Shown here in pieces: positions 23,772-37,159 of a DNA stretch of 64,000 bases (position 1 is the stretch's first letter; the number at the start of each line of letters is the position of its first letter). The notes below the pieces were generated by a model. The model was not told the DNA's origin. It saw only the letters and a program-made list of their open reading frames with translations, and ran no database searches. Origin of the DNA: Negaprion brevirostris (Eukaryota); assembly GCA_030324005.1 (NCBI GenBank), contig JARDVH010000132.1:97226472-97290471 (forward strand). Reading direction: 5' to 3'. Made by a program: the position numbers and the translations under genes.

Positions 23772-25659
23772 CTCCAGCTCCTGAGAGAAATTAGCTAGTG
23801 TTCCTTGTTCTGCTGAAACCAGAAGTACACAGGTTCAGTGTGGATTGTGTTCCTATTGTATCTTTGGCTTTTTAATTTCAACCATGACCCAGCTTGTCCT
23901 GTTTTTGAAAGTTAAAAATGACCCCTTGGGGACACACAGCACTGCATCATGATAATAAAGAAGAAGAATATGGTCATAAAGGTTAAACACTGTGCATGCT
24001 AAAAATCTGAAATATAAACAGAAGATGATGAAATATGTCATTTTAATGAAATTTATGTTACACATTGTCTGCCGTAGAACTTGCTTGAACACGTGCAACC
24101 TTTTAGAAAAACACTGAAAACCGTCCAGAACAGATCACAGACTACCAGTTCATGTATTTTTCATGAGTTAGCAGCCCTTACTTTGACAGCATTGTCCCGC
24201 TACTTGTGGCGTAATAGTGAAAATGTATAATTCTACTAGGTCATCTGGAACATATATTTCAATTGTGGTACTTGGCTATCTTACTCTCTGCTGTCTGTCA
24301 ATGGATAATTCGCTCTGTTTTGCACTCACACAGATTAGTTTTGCACAATGCACAAGGCTGTTACAACATTTGAAATTATTGCCTCAATTTTAAAGGAGTC
24401 TAAATGAATGATTTTAATGGTGAGTGAGTTATAGTTCATGGCAGTGCTTTGCATAATAGTCTACTATTACTGTCAACTATTTTAGAGCATGCAGGTTTAA
24501 CATATATATTTAACATTCTTCTGTTTGGTAATTTAGCAGGGACATTGAAATCTTAGAAATAAATAGAACAATGCGAAAACAACAGAAATTTTACGTGGAA
24601 ACATTCAACATTTATCTGCTAATTTTATTAACATTAATGTTGAAGCTAATAGCACATTGCAGCATGATCTAAATATGACAAGGCATGGATGCAGGGAGGT
24701 TTGTGTGCAACAGAACAAGAATGGAGCGATGCTTCATTTTAAATAGGGTTACTGAGACTGGACATCTAGATACTGGGATGAGTNNNNNNNNNNNNNNNNN
24801 NNNNNNNNNNNNNNNNNNNNNNNNNNNNNNNNNNNNNNNNNNNNNNNNNNNNNNNNNNNNNNNNNNNNNNNNNNNNNNNNNNNNNNNNNNNNNNNNNNNN
24901 NNNNNNNNNNNNNNNNNNNNNNNNNNNNNNNNNNNNNNNNNNNNNNNNNNNNNNNNNNNNNNNNNNNNNNNNNNNNNNNNNNACACTAGCATAAATTCAA
25001 AATGTACGTCACAATGCTGAACCTGCTAATTGGCATAAGTATGATTCTGAACATGTTATGTTCTCATTATAGTAAGTATCAATTTCAAAGTTGGACTATA
25101 CTTTGCTTTCTTTGTATAACTGTCTCATTCTAATTTTTTGTTGAACAAAATGATACTGGCCAAGACATATATCTTGTGTTCAGTAGTGGCCTGATTGATA
25201 AAATATTTCCCTTCATTGTGCTGAGATATATAGACCAGAATGTTCCAGATGTTGTTATTGATATGTGGTAAGTAATTGGATCTCGACTGGGGCAGCAGAG
25301 GGTATATAATTCACTGCAAGAATCCTATCAGCCAACGTGGAGAACAAAAATTGCTACCCAGTGACACCTGCTGGAACATCCACAAGTTTGGATGTCAGGT
25401 GAGAATAGGATCAAGTGTAGCTGAGTTATCGTTAGCAAGGAAATAATCTGCTGGCATTTTCTGGGCAATCGTGGGAAGTAATTTCACTTGGCTGAGGCAC
25501 TGAAAAGGTACACAATCCCAAGATTGTGAACACAATCCTAATCTAACTGGCTTCAGGACGTGGGAGAAAAATGAAAAAGTTAAAAGGTTAGGCAATGCTA
25601 TGAATTTTTCATTTATTGTTAGCAATAATGATATTTACTCTTGGATGAAGGTCACTGAC

Positions 25660-26370
25660 AGGAAAATCCCAAAACTTACACTGGAATTAAGAACCCACAA
25701 AGTTTGCAGACTGTCTTTAGCCCAGTCTTCCAAGTATCCATGTCATTAGAATTGGAATTTGAGTTGGGAAATGAATGTCACAATGCTGTTGGAATTCCTG
25801 ATGCATTGATGTGCTGAAATTGCCCAGGAAATTTAAACTGCTGACGGGTTGATTTCTGCTGCCTGGGACCCTCCAAAAAATGTTCCTACACTGAGCTAAA
25901 TTATATAGACTTGGGCCAGATATGAGGATCTTAACTGTATAATTACCCAGGAAATGTTATGCTGGTTATTACTTGGTGGAACTCAATGATTAGCCAGTGT
26001 AAATAAACTGAGCATCAAAGCGGAACCACTTGACCCAAGCTGACAAGCCCCCACAACACTAATTGATCTGACCGTATCCTCACTCCGTCAGGTCACTGGC
26101 CCCATCCGACTACCTCCATCAACTCAACCTGATTGCTCATTCCCTCGCTCACCCAACTATATACTTGCCCATTCACCCAGTCATTCAACCACCAACTCAT
26201 CTATCCACTCTCCCATTTACTCACCCACTCACTAACTCACTCTTCCATCCATTCGATCACCTACTCATCCACCCATTCATCCATCTACTCACCCACATAC
26301 TCCCACCCTCCTATCCATCCATCCGCTCAACCATTTAATTATTTACTTACACACCTACCCACTCACCATT
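25660..26370. repeat. Inverted copy of the 18290-19183 repeat family with pyrimidine-rich (CCAT/CACT-like) arm
   Basis: Shared core in opposite orientation; low-complexity 26100-26370. Confidence 0.5.
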
Positions 26371-28723
26371 GAAATACTTGGCATCTTTAAAAACGTATCT
26401 GAATAAGGTGGGTGTAAATATTGTAAAGTGGTGTTGGTGGGTGTTCACTTTTCAGCTATCTGCTACTGCATTCACTAGTCTTGCTCTGGAGAAGCTGCGC
26501 TGATCCATTACTCCAGCCAGGATCAGAATTCCCAGCTGAAATAATACAATCTAGTCAGGGTGCAGAAGTCTTCACGGAAAGTGGCATGCGCAGCATTGAT
26601 GCCGACTTGAAGATCAGAGTGAATATTCTCCCTCAGAGAGAGAAACGTGAATTTTGAGAATTCAATCAAATTTACATTATGATTTTTTTTCCAGAAAATA
26701 ATGACGCTCAGACTCAAAGAATAAGGATTTTGACTTTGCTTCAATCAATTCATTGGCCAATGGACTGCAACTGTGGCAAAGGGACGGAGAGATTTTGAAG
26801 CCCCACCAACATTTGTTTTGAATGTTTCAATGCAGCTTGCTGGACACAGCAATATCAAACAGACAACTCTCTTGCCAGTACTGTTGGCATTTATACTGCC
26901 TAACTCCTCGTGCCAAGCTCTTTGGCCTACCTAAGGGAATTAAAACATTGGGAAGTGCTTGGGTTTAATTAGAGGCAGGAGTTAAAATTCAGCAAAAGTG
27001 TCAGTGCCTCTGGAAGCCGGCTCCAGTTTGCTGGGCTCTTGGGTTTAACCCAAACGGGTTTAGCTGCTTATGTGTCACCACTGAGGAGGGTCAGCAAGTT
27101 GAATATATAAAATCAGCGTATTCCAACAATGTAATCAGAACAAGGTTGAAACCAGCACTTAAGTTTAACGGTGTACGCATGGGTTTCCCAGACTTCTTAT
27201 TGGACCTTGATATTGATGGGAAGGTGAGAAAATTCAGACTCGTTCAAATTCAGCTAAATACTTGATACCCTCAGCTGCCTTCTTACCTCTCTCAGGGCTG
27301 AGAGTAGCTACACCATGGAGATATTGACACTCAAAGTGCTGTCTTACCTCCCACTGGACTGAGAGTAACTGTGGTGAAAGGTTAATTTCTGCACTGTGGA
27401 GGTATTGACATTCAAAGGTCAGCATAAGTGGCATCATAGTGATCTTACAATGGACCTTGGATGAGGAGAAAGGTAACTATAAGCAGCCTGCAGAAAGATC
27501 CACAATGTTCATTAAAGAAGGGAATGGCAGAAAAGGCACCTTCAGACAGTGAAACAGCAGCAGTTGAACTTACAGGCAGCACTATCCACGTAAACAATGC
27601 GTACAAGGGTGCACTTCCTTGACCTTTTGGAGGAGGTTCTGGAAGTTAAGATTGTCATATCAGATGGTGAGAGATAACTGCAGTCTCCAAGCAGAATATT
27701 TGCTGGCTGCTGGACCTGGTGTCCACACATCATCAATGGCTGTGAAAGTTACCACCATTCTTAAACTTGTTCACCGCTAGATCAGTGATTGTCAACCTAG
27801 GCTAATGAGTGGGCTACATGTGAGACCCTCCATCATCTCAGTGGACCGCAAGATTCAAATCGGGCTTATTCACTAACCATGACCCTTGAATAAGATTGAA
27901 TTTAATGCACATCATAAGTTATAGAAAATGGTTAATCATTCATATATTAATAAAACTGTCATCAATTTCAAGGGGTAAAATCAAGTTAAATATTTATGCT
28001 TGATTGGACACAAAAGGTTCTCGTAGCAAATGTTATGTGCAGTCAGCATGCACCTCACATCACGTGCCCTTGCTTTCAATGCATATCACTTCAGTCATAT
28101 TGGTAGGAAAAACGTTCCATGGATGGAAACCTGCAGAAGGTAGCAACTCTGCACATGGGCATCAGTAAACACAATGTATTGTGGATTGCACTCAGAACCC
28201 TGATGGGCTGAATGTGGCCCCAAGCTGCACGTTGTCCACTGCTGCTGTAAATCTCTCCAGGATGCTGTTAGAGACTTATCCAGGATCTCTCAGTTGGCAG
28301 CTAGAATTGTATAAAGCAGGTCACCCTCAGGCTGCTTGTCAAATTTATCTATGATGACTCTAGTCAGGATGAGCAGGTGCTCATGTTAGTGTCTCATGCA
28401 GATGCAGAGAACACTAGGCATACATAACAAACTGGGAACCCTCCCAGACCAACCAGAAATATTCCCCGGCTGTAAATGCAAATTCCACTCCACAGTGGTG
28501 GTGTGAAACCACGAGAACAGCTTTTTATAGGTCCGTGCCAGAATCTTTGGAGCTGCTCTGATACTTTCATCATTCTATAATGCAAATTCTCTAACTTTTG
28601 AACCTGCAAGCAGCCTGCTCATAAAGGATATATCTATAAACTAAATTGATAACATTTGTGGGAAGCCAATTAAACTCAAGTCTGGGTTATATAGTTGTCT
28701 GGGACAACTATATAACCATCAGA

Positions 28724-30040
28724 TGTGTCAATGAACAGACCATTGGTACGCTCAAGATAAACTTCAGGTGCCTTTACAGATCTGGAGTCAAATAAGTCAA
28801 GGGTGACTTATGTGGCTCAAATTAACAAAGGCTTCCTTGCCAAAAATGTATAAGTATATACACAGAAGGTCAGATTGAATTAGCTGTGCAACTGAACAAT
28901 CTCCTCCCAGGCTCCAACTGTGGGACTTCCTCAACTTGGGGTGCACACCCTTGCTCCTGATTGGCTCAGTTCCTGCCTTGACAATCCATAGGATTTGACC
29001 CAATCACGTGGCCCACAAGTAATGCCCCCTTCAAGGGCCACACTACCACACTCCCTGCCCTTTAATCCAGAATTCACCTTTGGAGGAATTTAGAACAAGA
29101 TTAGCAAAGCTAAACTAAGCCCTGATTAAAGAGCAACAGGAATGCCCCACAGTCATTCCAGACTGTGGATTCTGTTAGAATGCCTCAGTTCTGTGGTAGG
29201 CTCTTTGACATTTGAAGAATCAGACTGGACAGATTCAAAAGGCAAATTCATCAACCCAGAGTCTAACTGTTCTTTGGTAGCTGCTGGTTTCTCAGTTATG
29301 ATGTGGAGGTGCTGGCGTTGGACTGGGGTAAACACAGTAAAAGTAAACACAGTAAACACCAGGTTAAATTTCAACAGGTTTGTTTGGTAGTACAAACCAC
29401 TAGCTTGTTTGTGAACAGAAGTCCCACTTACTTGATGAAGGAGCAGTGCACCGAAAACTCGTGGCTTGTGCTTCCAGATAAACTTGTTGGATTTTAACCT
29501 TGTGTTCTGAGACTTCTTACTGGGTTTCTCAGTTACCAGAACCACCGGTTGTTCTGGTCCCTCATTCCCAAATGGAATCCCAGTAATCGATCCTGGTATC
29601 TTCAAAATCACAGCAGGGATTGCCTATTAATTCCACATCCATCACTGCTGTCCTCCTTGGATGGTCGACATGTTTCCTGAGACGAGAGCCTTGTATTTCC
29701 TTGACATAGGAGACTGGTCCTGTTCTCTCCACAATCTTGCCAGCCACCTATGCCTGTCCTGTTGCAAAATGTCTGATCATGATTGAACCCTCAACTTAGA
29801 ACACTGTCTTTCTTAACTTAAATTGCCATTTTCCTTCTGAAAGGTTTGCCTAGCCTCTTCCTCACCACATTAGGGAATGTCCAATCATGTTGTTAAACGG
29901 CGTCCTATCAGTTGGCATAATCCCTGTGGCCATGCTTGGCATTGTGTTCTAAGACAATAAATAATTTGACAATACATAATGGAAGATGCCTATTTACTTG
30001 TTTCTTCATTGACAACTCGAATGGGAGTCATGAGATTTAA
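28724..30040 (-). mobile_element. Gypsy LTR retrotransposon 3' relic (integrase C-terminus, PPT, 3' LTR)
   Basis: Minus AGKIVERTGPVSYVKEIQGSRLRKHVDH (GPY/F-region-like). Minus-strand PPT aaagggcagggag (29051-29063) directly precedes TGTGGTAG at 29050. Confidence 0.7.
29298..29521. repeat. Penelope-associated inverted terminal repeat inserted in the Gypsy relic
   Basis: gatgtggaggtgctggcgttggactggggtaaacacagtaa...aacaccaggttaaa and its inverted copy ttttaaccttgtgttctgagacttcttactg. Degenerate hammerhead core at ~29431-29460. Confidence 0.7.
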
Positions 30041-30233
30041 GATGGTGATGAGGTGTGACAGGCATGGGGCTTGAGTGGGAGCTGGAGTTTGAGGAGCATT
30101 GTGCTTGTAGGAGGGAGAAGAGAGCCTGATGCTTCATGTTGGTACCCCCTGAGATGGTTGGGAGAGAGATGGAACTGCACCTCCAATGGGTTTGTGAGGA
30201 TATCTAGAGGGAGACTGGGTGTGGTTCATTTAC

Positions 30234-30446
30234 CCTGGCTGAGTGAAGAAGATCATTCATTTTCTCCTGACATTGTCGCCCCATCCTCTATTGGAGTACG
30301 CTTGTATTGATCACGGCTGCCACTGCATCCCAGGCTGGAAGGCCTTCTTCTGGAGTGGGGTAGGTGTCCAGGCTCTGTGCAACTCCATCGAGCAGTTTGG
30401 TCAGGGTCCCTTCTGAAAAGCAAGGTGCAGGCTTCTTGGCTGCCAT
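30234..30446 (-). pseudogene. Myb/SANT-like Harbinger partner exon 1 relic
   Basis: MAAKKPAPCFSEGTLTKLLDGV...AWDAVAAVINTSVLQ*RMGRQCQEKMNDLLHSAR followed by a GTAAAT donor. Homologous to the 44601 exon. Confidence 0.8.
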
Positions 30447-30727
30447 CCCCTGCAGCCATTCTGGAAAAAACGTTGGTATTATGGAGCTCTCCAATGATTG
30501 CAGCAATCAAGTTGTTGCAGGCAGGCAAATCAAATGGAATATGCTGCAATTGAGGCATGATTTTCATTTATGGCATAAAAATAATTACCAATGAAGCAAA
30601 AGATTCGTTCCAAAATCACGTCAACGCTGTCAATGGGAATCATTCAACACTTTTCAACACTTGTCATTTTTGTTAAGATTTTGCGTTTGCACAAAGATCA
30701 TTGAACAAAGGGTATGCATGCAAACAT

Positions 30728-31044
30728 GGGCAACATAGTGGCACAGTGGAGGGTGGCACAGTGATTAGCACCAGTGCCAGGGACCTGGGTTCGATTTGTC
30801 GCTAGGGTCACTGTCTGTGCAGAGGCTGCACATTCTCTGTGGATTTCCTTTGGATGCTCTGGTTTCCTCCTACACTCCAAAAATTAGGTTGATTGGCCAT
30901 GCTAAATTGGCCCTGAGTGTCGGGCGGGACTAGCAGGTTAAATACATGGAGTAATGGGGATAAGGCCTGGATGGGATTATTGTCAGTACAGGTTCGATGG
31001 GCCAAATGGCCTCCTTCTGCACTGTGGGAATTCTATGATTCTGT
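30728..31044 (+). mobile_element. HE1-type SINE
   Basis: gggcaacatagtggcacagtgg...gacctgggttcgatt...gaattctatgattct. Confidence 0.9.
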
Positions 31045-33011
31045 GAAAGCAGAAATAAACTATGCACAGGTAGAGAAGGAAGCTCTAGGCAACATTTTCA
31101 GAATCAAACATTTTTACAAATACCCAGATGTAAGGAATTTTACTTTACTAATGGATCATCGACAACTGACAATGATATTTGGCCACATACTGTTATTCCA
31201 TCTCTGGCAGCAAGCTGGATGCAGAGGTGGGCTTTGCTATTGTCAGCACACACATGCATGATTAAATATCATCAATCCAAGCTCCTTTGAAATGCTAATG
31301 GACTCTGCATTACTTTTACTGAATAATTCGAGTGGTAATATTTTACATTTCGAAGAAGTCGGTAACACTCCTCTAACCACAGGATAAGTTAAGAAGTATA
31401 CCAGAAATGTTCTCTTATTGTCAGAGGTTATGTACATGGTATTTCATGGCAAGACCATGGCAGCAAACCTGAAGTTGAAGTCATATTTCACCCAAAGACA
31501 CGGACTATCCATACAGGCAAGTTTTCTCCTCTGGGGAATGAGACTCATCATTCCACCATTATTAAAGAAATATTTCCTAAGTCAATTTCCTGAATGTATG
31601 AACTAGGAGCAGGAGTAGTCCATCTGGCCCCTCACGCCTGCCCCGCCATTCAATAAGATCATGGCTGATCTTTTTGTGGACTCAGCTCCACGTACCCGCC
31701 TGCTCACCAAAACCCTTGATTCCTTTACTGATCAAAAATTTATCTATCTTTGCCTTAAAAACATTCAATAAGGTAGCCTCAACTGCTTCACTGGGCAGGA
31801 AATTCCACAGATAAAGGTCATTTTGGAATAGTGAGGATGAAGGAGATAGCAGAATCTATTTTTGGTGGCCAGGGCTTGATAGTGTAATAAAGGAGAAGGT
31901 TGTTATGTGTTTGGCTTATGCAAAAGTTCAGATCTGCCGCCACTAGTGCCATTACACCCATGGGAATGGCCAGAAGGGCCATAGCAAAAAGTTCATAGAT
32001 TATACTGGACCATTCGAAGGACAAAGGTTTTTCGTTATGGTAGATGCACACTGGTAATGGTCTGAAGTCATCATTGTGAAGATTACAGCCTCGGAGAGAT
32101 CAATAGAGAGACTGGGTGAAATATTTGCAAGATTTTCTTACCCTGAACGACTTGTTAGCGACAATGGAGTACAGTTCATTTCACAAGAATTCACAAATTC
32201 TCTGAAGGAAAATGGACTCCAACCCATCAGATCCTCTCCTTAACATACTGTCACAAATGGGCTGGCTGAAAGGTTTTGTTCAATGAATCATTTACTGAAG
32301 TAACTCGTGAACAAGGACAAAGCCAATTCCTAATGACATACAGGAATATAACACGTCTAACAACTCAAAGTTCTCTGGCATTACTCACGATAAAACTTCA
32401 GTTACATACAGTATTTGATTTGCTAAATCAGCTAAGATGTGTTGAAGGGAATAGCAATGTTTTTCAGAATGCTCAAGAAATATTGNNNNNNNNNNNNNNN
32501 NNNNNNNNNNNNNNNNNNNNNNNNNNNNNNNNNNNNNNNNNNNNNNNNNNNNNNNNNNNNNNNNNNNNNNNNNNNNNNNNNNNNNCAACAGGACCAATCT
32601 ACTACACCTTTTAAACTTGGACTGATGTAGTCTGCAGAAGACACACTGATCAGCAACTAGAACTAGCTTGCCAGAAACAGAGTTAACCGAGAGTCCAAAA
32701 CAAGCTGTGCCAAATGAAAACAGTCATTCTTGAGAACCTGACAATCCTGAAACAATTGTGGACAACAGTACCTCAGCTGAGAACACTTCAACAAGTCAAC
32801 CAAGTCAACCTCCAAACACTCCAGTTGTGTCCAAACAAAGCCAAAATATCAAAGGTTGCAGTCAACACATTATTGCAGACACCTGAGAATTGCCAACAAC
32901 CACCCAAAATCTGAAACATTTAATTTATTGGCTGTTCTGTTTGTTAATCCTTCATATTGTAAATTTTGATTGTTAATGTTGCAGGAACCTCGAATGTAAA
33001 GGGGGAGAAAA
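31045..33011 (+). mobile_element. Gypsy pol relic (RNase H plus integrase) with PPT
   Basis: [14 protein letters not shown]...MDHRQL (RNase H), [40 protein letters not shown]; PPT aaagggggagaaaag followed by TGT at ~33012. Many frameshifts. Confidence 0.85.
31597..31810 (-). mobile_element. CR1 3' end inserted into the Gypsy pol
   Basis: taggagcaggagtagtccatctggccc...ccattcaataagatcatggctgatc. Confidence 0.8.
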
Positions 33012-34194
33012 GTGTTTTGTATTCGTGTTTGTTCCTAGTTGGAACAAGTCACTTTAATAGTCCGATCAAGTGTTGATAATGTCATTGGCCATTTGCATGG
33101 GCAAATGGGCAGTCTATCCTGACAATGTGTACAGTAAACACCTTTCCAATAAAGCTCTTCTTTGTTGCTATCTTTGTGGTCTGCAAGCGTATCCTTTAAA
33201 AATACCACAAAATTGTCATTCAGCAGCCCTGGCTTTACTTTATAAATATGTAAAATTGGACTGTGATCTTGAGTCATGGGATAGTTTGTCAGTCAGATGC
33301 CTGGAGCACAGCATAATTTCTGTACAGGCTTCAAACTGATCTGCGAGATAAATTTAATTGATCATTTACTTATTCATTGACTTTAAATGGAAAATTACAT
33401 TTAGAGATGTTTGGGTCAATTGTAATAATATTTGAATAGACTGGCAATATGCATTAGGCATTATGAACAATTTTCTGTAATTACACCTTTTAAGAATAAC
33501 ACTTTGCTTTATATTGTTTGGATTTCATGAAGAGTTGCGACCAGGTTACCGTCTGAGCCCAGATGCTAAATGCTAGGTCACCAAAGAAACTTATTTTCTA
33601 ACTGGTAAATTTGTAATAAACTTAGAAAGGAAATTGTTCAATGCCTTAATGACGTGGCAGGAATTTTGAGTTGATTTGAGCTCTTGATAGTTATCATAAA
33701 TGCTCTGGAACATTTTATGTTGGAGTCGGAAAACTCCAGTAGATTGAGTGCCACAAACTCTAATCAGCTGGAGTCATTAATTCCATAACATAATACATTG
33801 GTGCATTCATTATAACCATATTTTCGGGCCACGTTTCTTCATATTAAATGTAAAGTTGGTTGACTGTCTATTTTAAGAAAATTTTTAGAGTTGTAGAGAA
33901 ATTCCATATAACCTCTAACATAGTTACAGAATTCAATGTTAAAATAGTACAACATAACCTAATTCAGATTGGATGAACCAAAATGCAATCATAGAAATAA
34001 TGNNNNNNNNNNAGAGAAACTACGAAGAAAGTTGCAATAACATAAATCTGATGACAATGACAAATAATCAAGCTCCTTCACATTAAAAGTAAAGAAGTGA
34101 AGAGATGTCAGAACAAAGTACCACTGCAATTTGCAACTGCCCAGCTCACACCTTCTACCAAAGAGGATGTGAAGACGAGGCACAAATTGGCTGA

Positions 34195-35520
34195 CTAGCT
34201 TCTTTAAATATGTGAAGAGAAAAAGATTAGCAAAGACAAATGTCTCTTACAGTCAGAAGTGGGGGAAATTATAGTTGGGAATAAAGAAATGGCAGAAGAG
34301 TTGAAGAGATATTTTGATTCTATCTTCACAAAGAGGGCACAAATAACCTCCCAGGAATGTTAGGGAACTAAGGTCTAGTGAGAGGGCAGAATTGAAGGAA
34401 ATCAATATTAGTAAGAAAGTTGTTCTTGGATTAAAGCATGACAAATCAGTGGAAACTATATCCCAGAGTATTAAAAGAAATGGCCCTGGAAATATTGGAT
34501 GCGTTTGTGGTCATCTTCCAAAATTCTATCAACTCTGGAACAGTTCCTACAGATTGGAGGTGGCAAATATAATGACTATTTNNNNNNNNNNNNNNNNNNN
34601 NNNNNNNNNNNNNNNNNNNNNNNNNNNNNNNNNNNNNNNNNNNNNNNNNNNNNNNNNNAATAGAATATTTGGAAAGCATTAACAGGATTGGACAAAGCCA
34701 GCATGGGTTTATGAAAGACAAATCATACTTAACAAATCCATTGGAGATTTTTGAGGGTGTAACTAGTATAGATAAGGGAGAGCAGTGGATGTGGCGTATT
34801 TGGACTTTTGAAAAAGTCTCAAGATGTTAGTGGGAAAAATTAGAGCATATGGGATGGGGTAACGTATTGAGATGGATTGTGAATTGCTTGATTGACAGGA
34901 AACAGAGTGGGAATAAATATGTTTAGTGGCAGTTATTAGTGGAGTACCACAGGGATTAGTGCTTGGGTCCCAGCTGTTCATATGACCTGGGTGAGGGAAC
35001 CTAATGTACCATTTCCAAATTTGCTGATGACACAAAACTGTGTGGAATTGTGAGTTGTGAGGAGGATGCATGGAGACTTCAAGGTGATTTAGACAATTTG
35101 CGTGAGTGGGCAAAAACATGATGAATAAAGTACAGTGTGGCTAAATGTGATGTTACATACTTTAGTGCGAAAAACAGAAAGGAAGAGCATTATTTAAATT
35201 ATGATATATTGGGAAGTGTAGATAAAGAAAGAGATCTGGGTATCCTTGTGCACTTGTTAATAAAAGTGGAGAGGTAGGTGCAGCAAGCAATTAGGAAGGC
35301 AAATGGTATGTTGGTCTTCAATGCAAGAGGATTTGAGTTCAGAAGTAGAGATACCTTACTGCAGATATACAGGTCCTTAGTGAAACCACACCTAGAGTAC
35401 TGCATGCAGTGTTGGCCTCCCTACCTTACAAAGGATATGCTTGCTATAGAAGGGATGAAGCAGAAGTTCACTAAGCCAATACCAGGTTGGTGGAACTGTC
35501 TGATGAGGGGAGACTGGACC
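34195..35520 (+). mobile_element. CR1 LINE ORF2 (RT) relic
   Basis: FKYVKRKRLAK, QSQHGFMK, GVPQGLVLG, KFADDTKL, IYRSLVKPHLEYC motifs. Confidence 0.9.
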
Positions 35521-36339
35521 GGAGAGGTGGTAAGTGTGGGTTAGGCTGTAAACAGCTGTGCTGAATGTATTATATTAATATGCTAATTGGCTTTGCACCC
35601 TTTTTGGGCTGGCAAAATAGCACTGGCTATATTACATGCGGCGCAAAAATGGGTGCTCCGAATGCAATCTTACCATCTTGCCATGCTGATCGACAGGTTG
35701 TACAATCGTGGCTAGTAGGTGTAATTTAAGACAATCATGCTGCCATACTTTGCTATATAAATTTGAATCAATTTACAGGGTTCTTGATTTTGTCCAAGTT
35801 ATTTAAATTGTTGTTGTTATTTGCCCAAATAGATTTGTATTTGTTTAACTGAGTGAACTGCTATGGTAGTTGGATTATTTCTTTCCCCTGTTTCCTTTGA
35901 TGCTTGCTGAGACATGGGGCTGGATTTTCATTATTGGTGAGGTCGGGAATGGGTGTGGACTTGATTTAAATAGCACAGTCTTGCTAGCACAGTGCATCTC
36001 TGACTCCCTGTGCCTCGAGTGCACCTTCCACTTTGCAGAGGATGGGGGAGAGAGTAAGGGGGAATACAAGCACTTCCATCAACAGCTCAGTAAGCCCCTT
36101 GTGGAGTGTGCTAATGTGTTGCGGAGGTCGGGATTGCAGTTTTCAAAAATGGATTCAGTGCGCTTGAACAATCTGGTGCACATTAGTGTACAGCTGTCAG
36201 GTTCAAAGTGGGACAAAGGGAAAGCTTTTCTCTTGAGTTAAGAATTACTGTGGCCTTGGGGAATCCTGAGCCAAGTCATGAACATTACCTTTGATTTATG
36301 ATTTTATGGACACTTTCTTAAGCGTTTATGTTGCTGGCC

Positions 36340-36800
36340 CTCCGATATTCCACTTATCCACCAAAATTCTTCTCATCTCCGTCTTACGTGGGTTTTAAAT
36401 GATTATTCTATTTTTATACTATGTCCCTTAGTTCTAGTCTCTCCCACAACGTGAAATCTCCTTTCAGTATCCAGCCTGAAACATTCTCTCAGGATCTTAT
36501 ATGCTTCAGTAGGATCACCTCTCATTCTTCTAAATACCAATGAATACAGGTCCAATACGTCCATTTTTTCTTCATAGCACAATCCCTTGATCCCGGGAAT
36601 CTGTTGAGTACAGCCTCTCTGCACTTTTTCTGATGTAATTATGTCTTTTCTTAAATAAGGAGGCTACATCAGTACTCAAGATGTGGCCTCATCAAGCCTT
36701 GTACAACTGTAGGAAAACTTCCTCACTTTTAAATTCCATTTCCCTTGCAATAAATGACAACATGCTTTTTCAATCATTTGTTGCACCTGAGTACTAAATC
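36340..36800 (-). mobile_element. CR1 LINE C-terminal relic
   Basis: Minus LDLYSLVFRRMRGDPTEAYKILR...TRTKGHSIKI. Confidence 0.8.
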
Positions 36801-36814
36801 TTTATTGACATTAG

Positions 36815-37155
36815 CCAGGTAATGTCTTGTTTTCAAAGCTGTCCTTGGCTTTATTCCTCTTTATGTCTGTAATTTCCTCCAGCCCCACAATCTTTTGCAT
36901 ATCTGTATTTCTCTAATTGAGGCCTCTTGACCATCCGTAATTTGCATCACTCCAAGGTGGCTGTACCTTCAATTGCCTAAGTCTTAGCTCTGGAATACCC
37001 TCCCCCAATACTTTGACACTTCACTTTCCCCCTTTAAGATACTCCTTAAAATCTCTGATCAAGCTTTTAGCCTTCTGATCTAATATCTCCACTGTAGCTC
37101 AGCATCATATTGTATTTTCTGTAAAGGTACCTTCAGACATTTTAGCATATTACAG
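36815..37155 (+). mobile_element. L2-like LINE 3' relic
   Basis: ggtggctgtaccttc...ctctggaataccctccc...tttaagatactccttaaa (GGxxF / LWNxLP / FKxxLK pattern). Confidence 0.55.
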
Positions 37156-37159
37156 GTGT

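Noticed and set aside
26133-26372. His/Ser/Pro-rich ORF
   Set aside because: Translation of low-complexity CCAT/CACT sequence.
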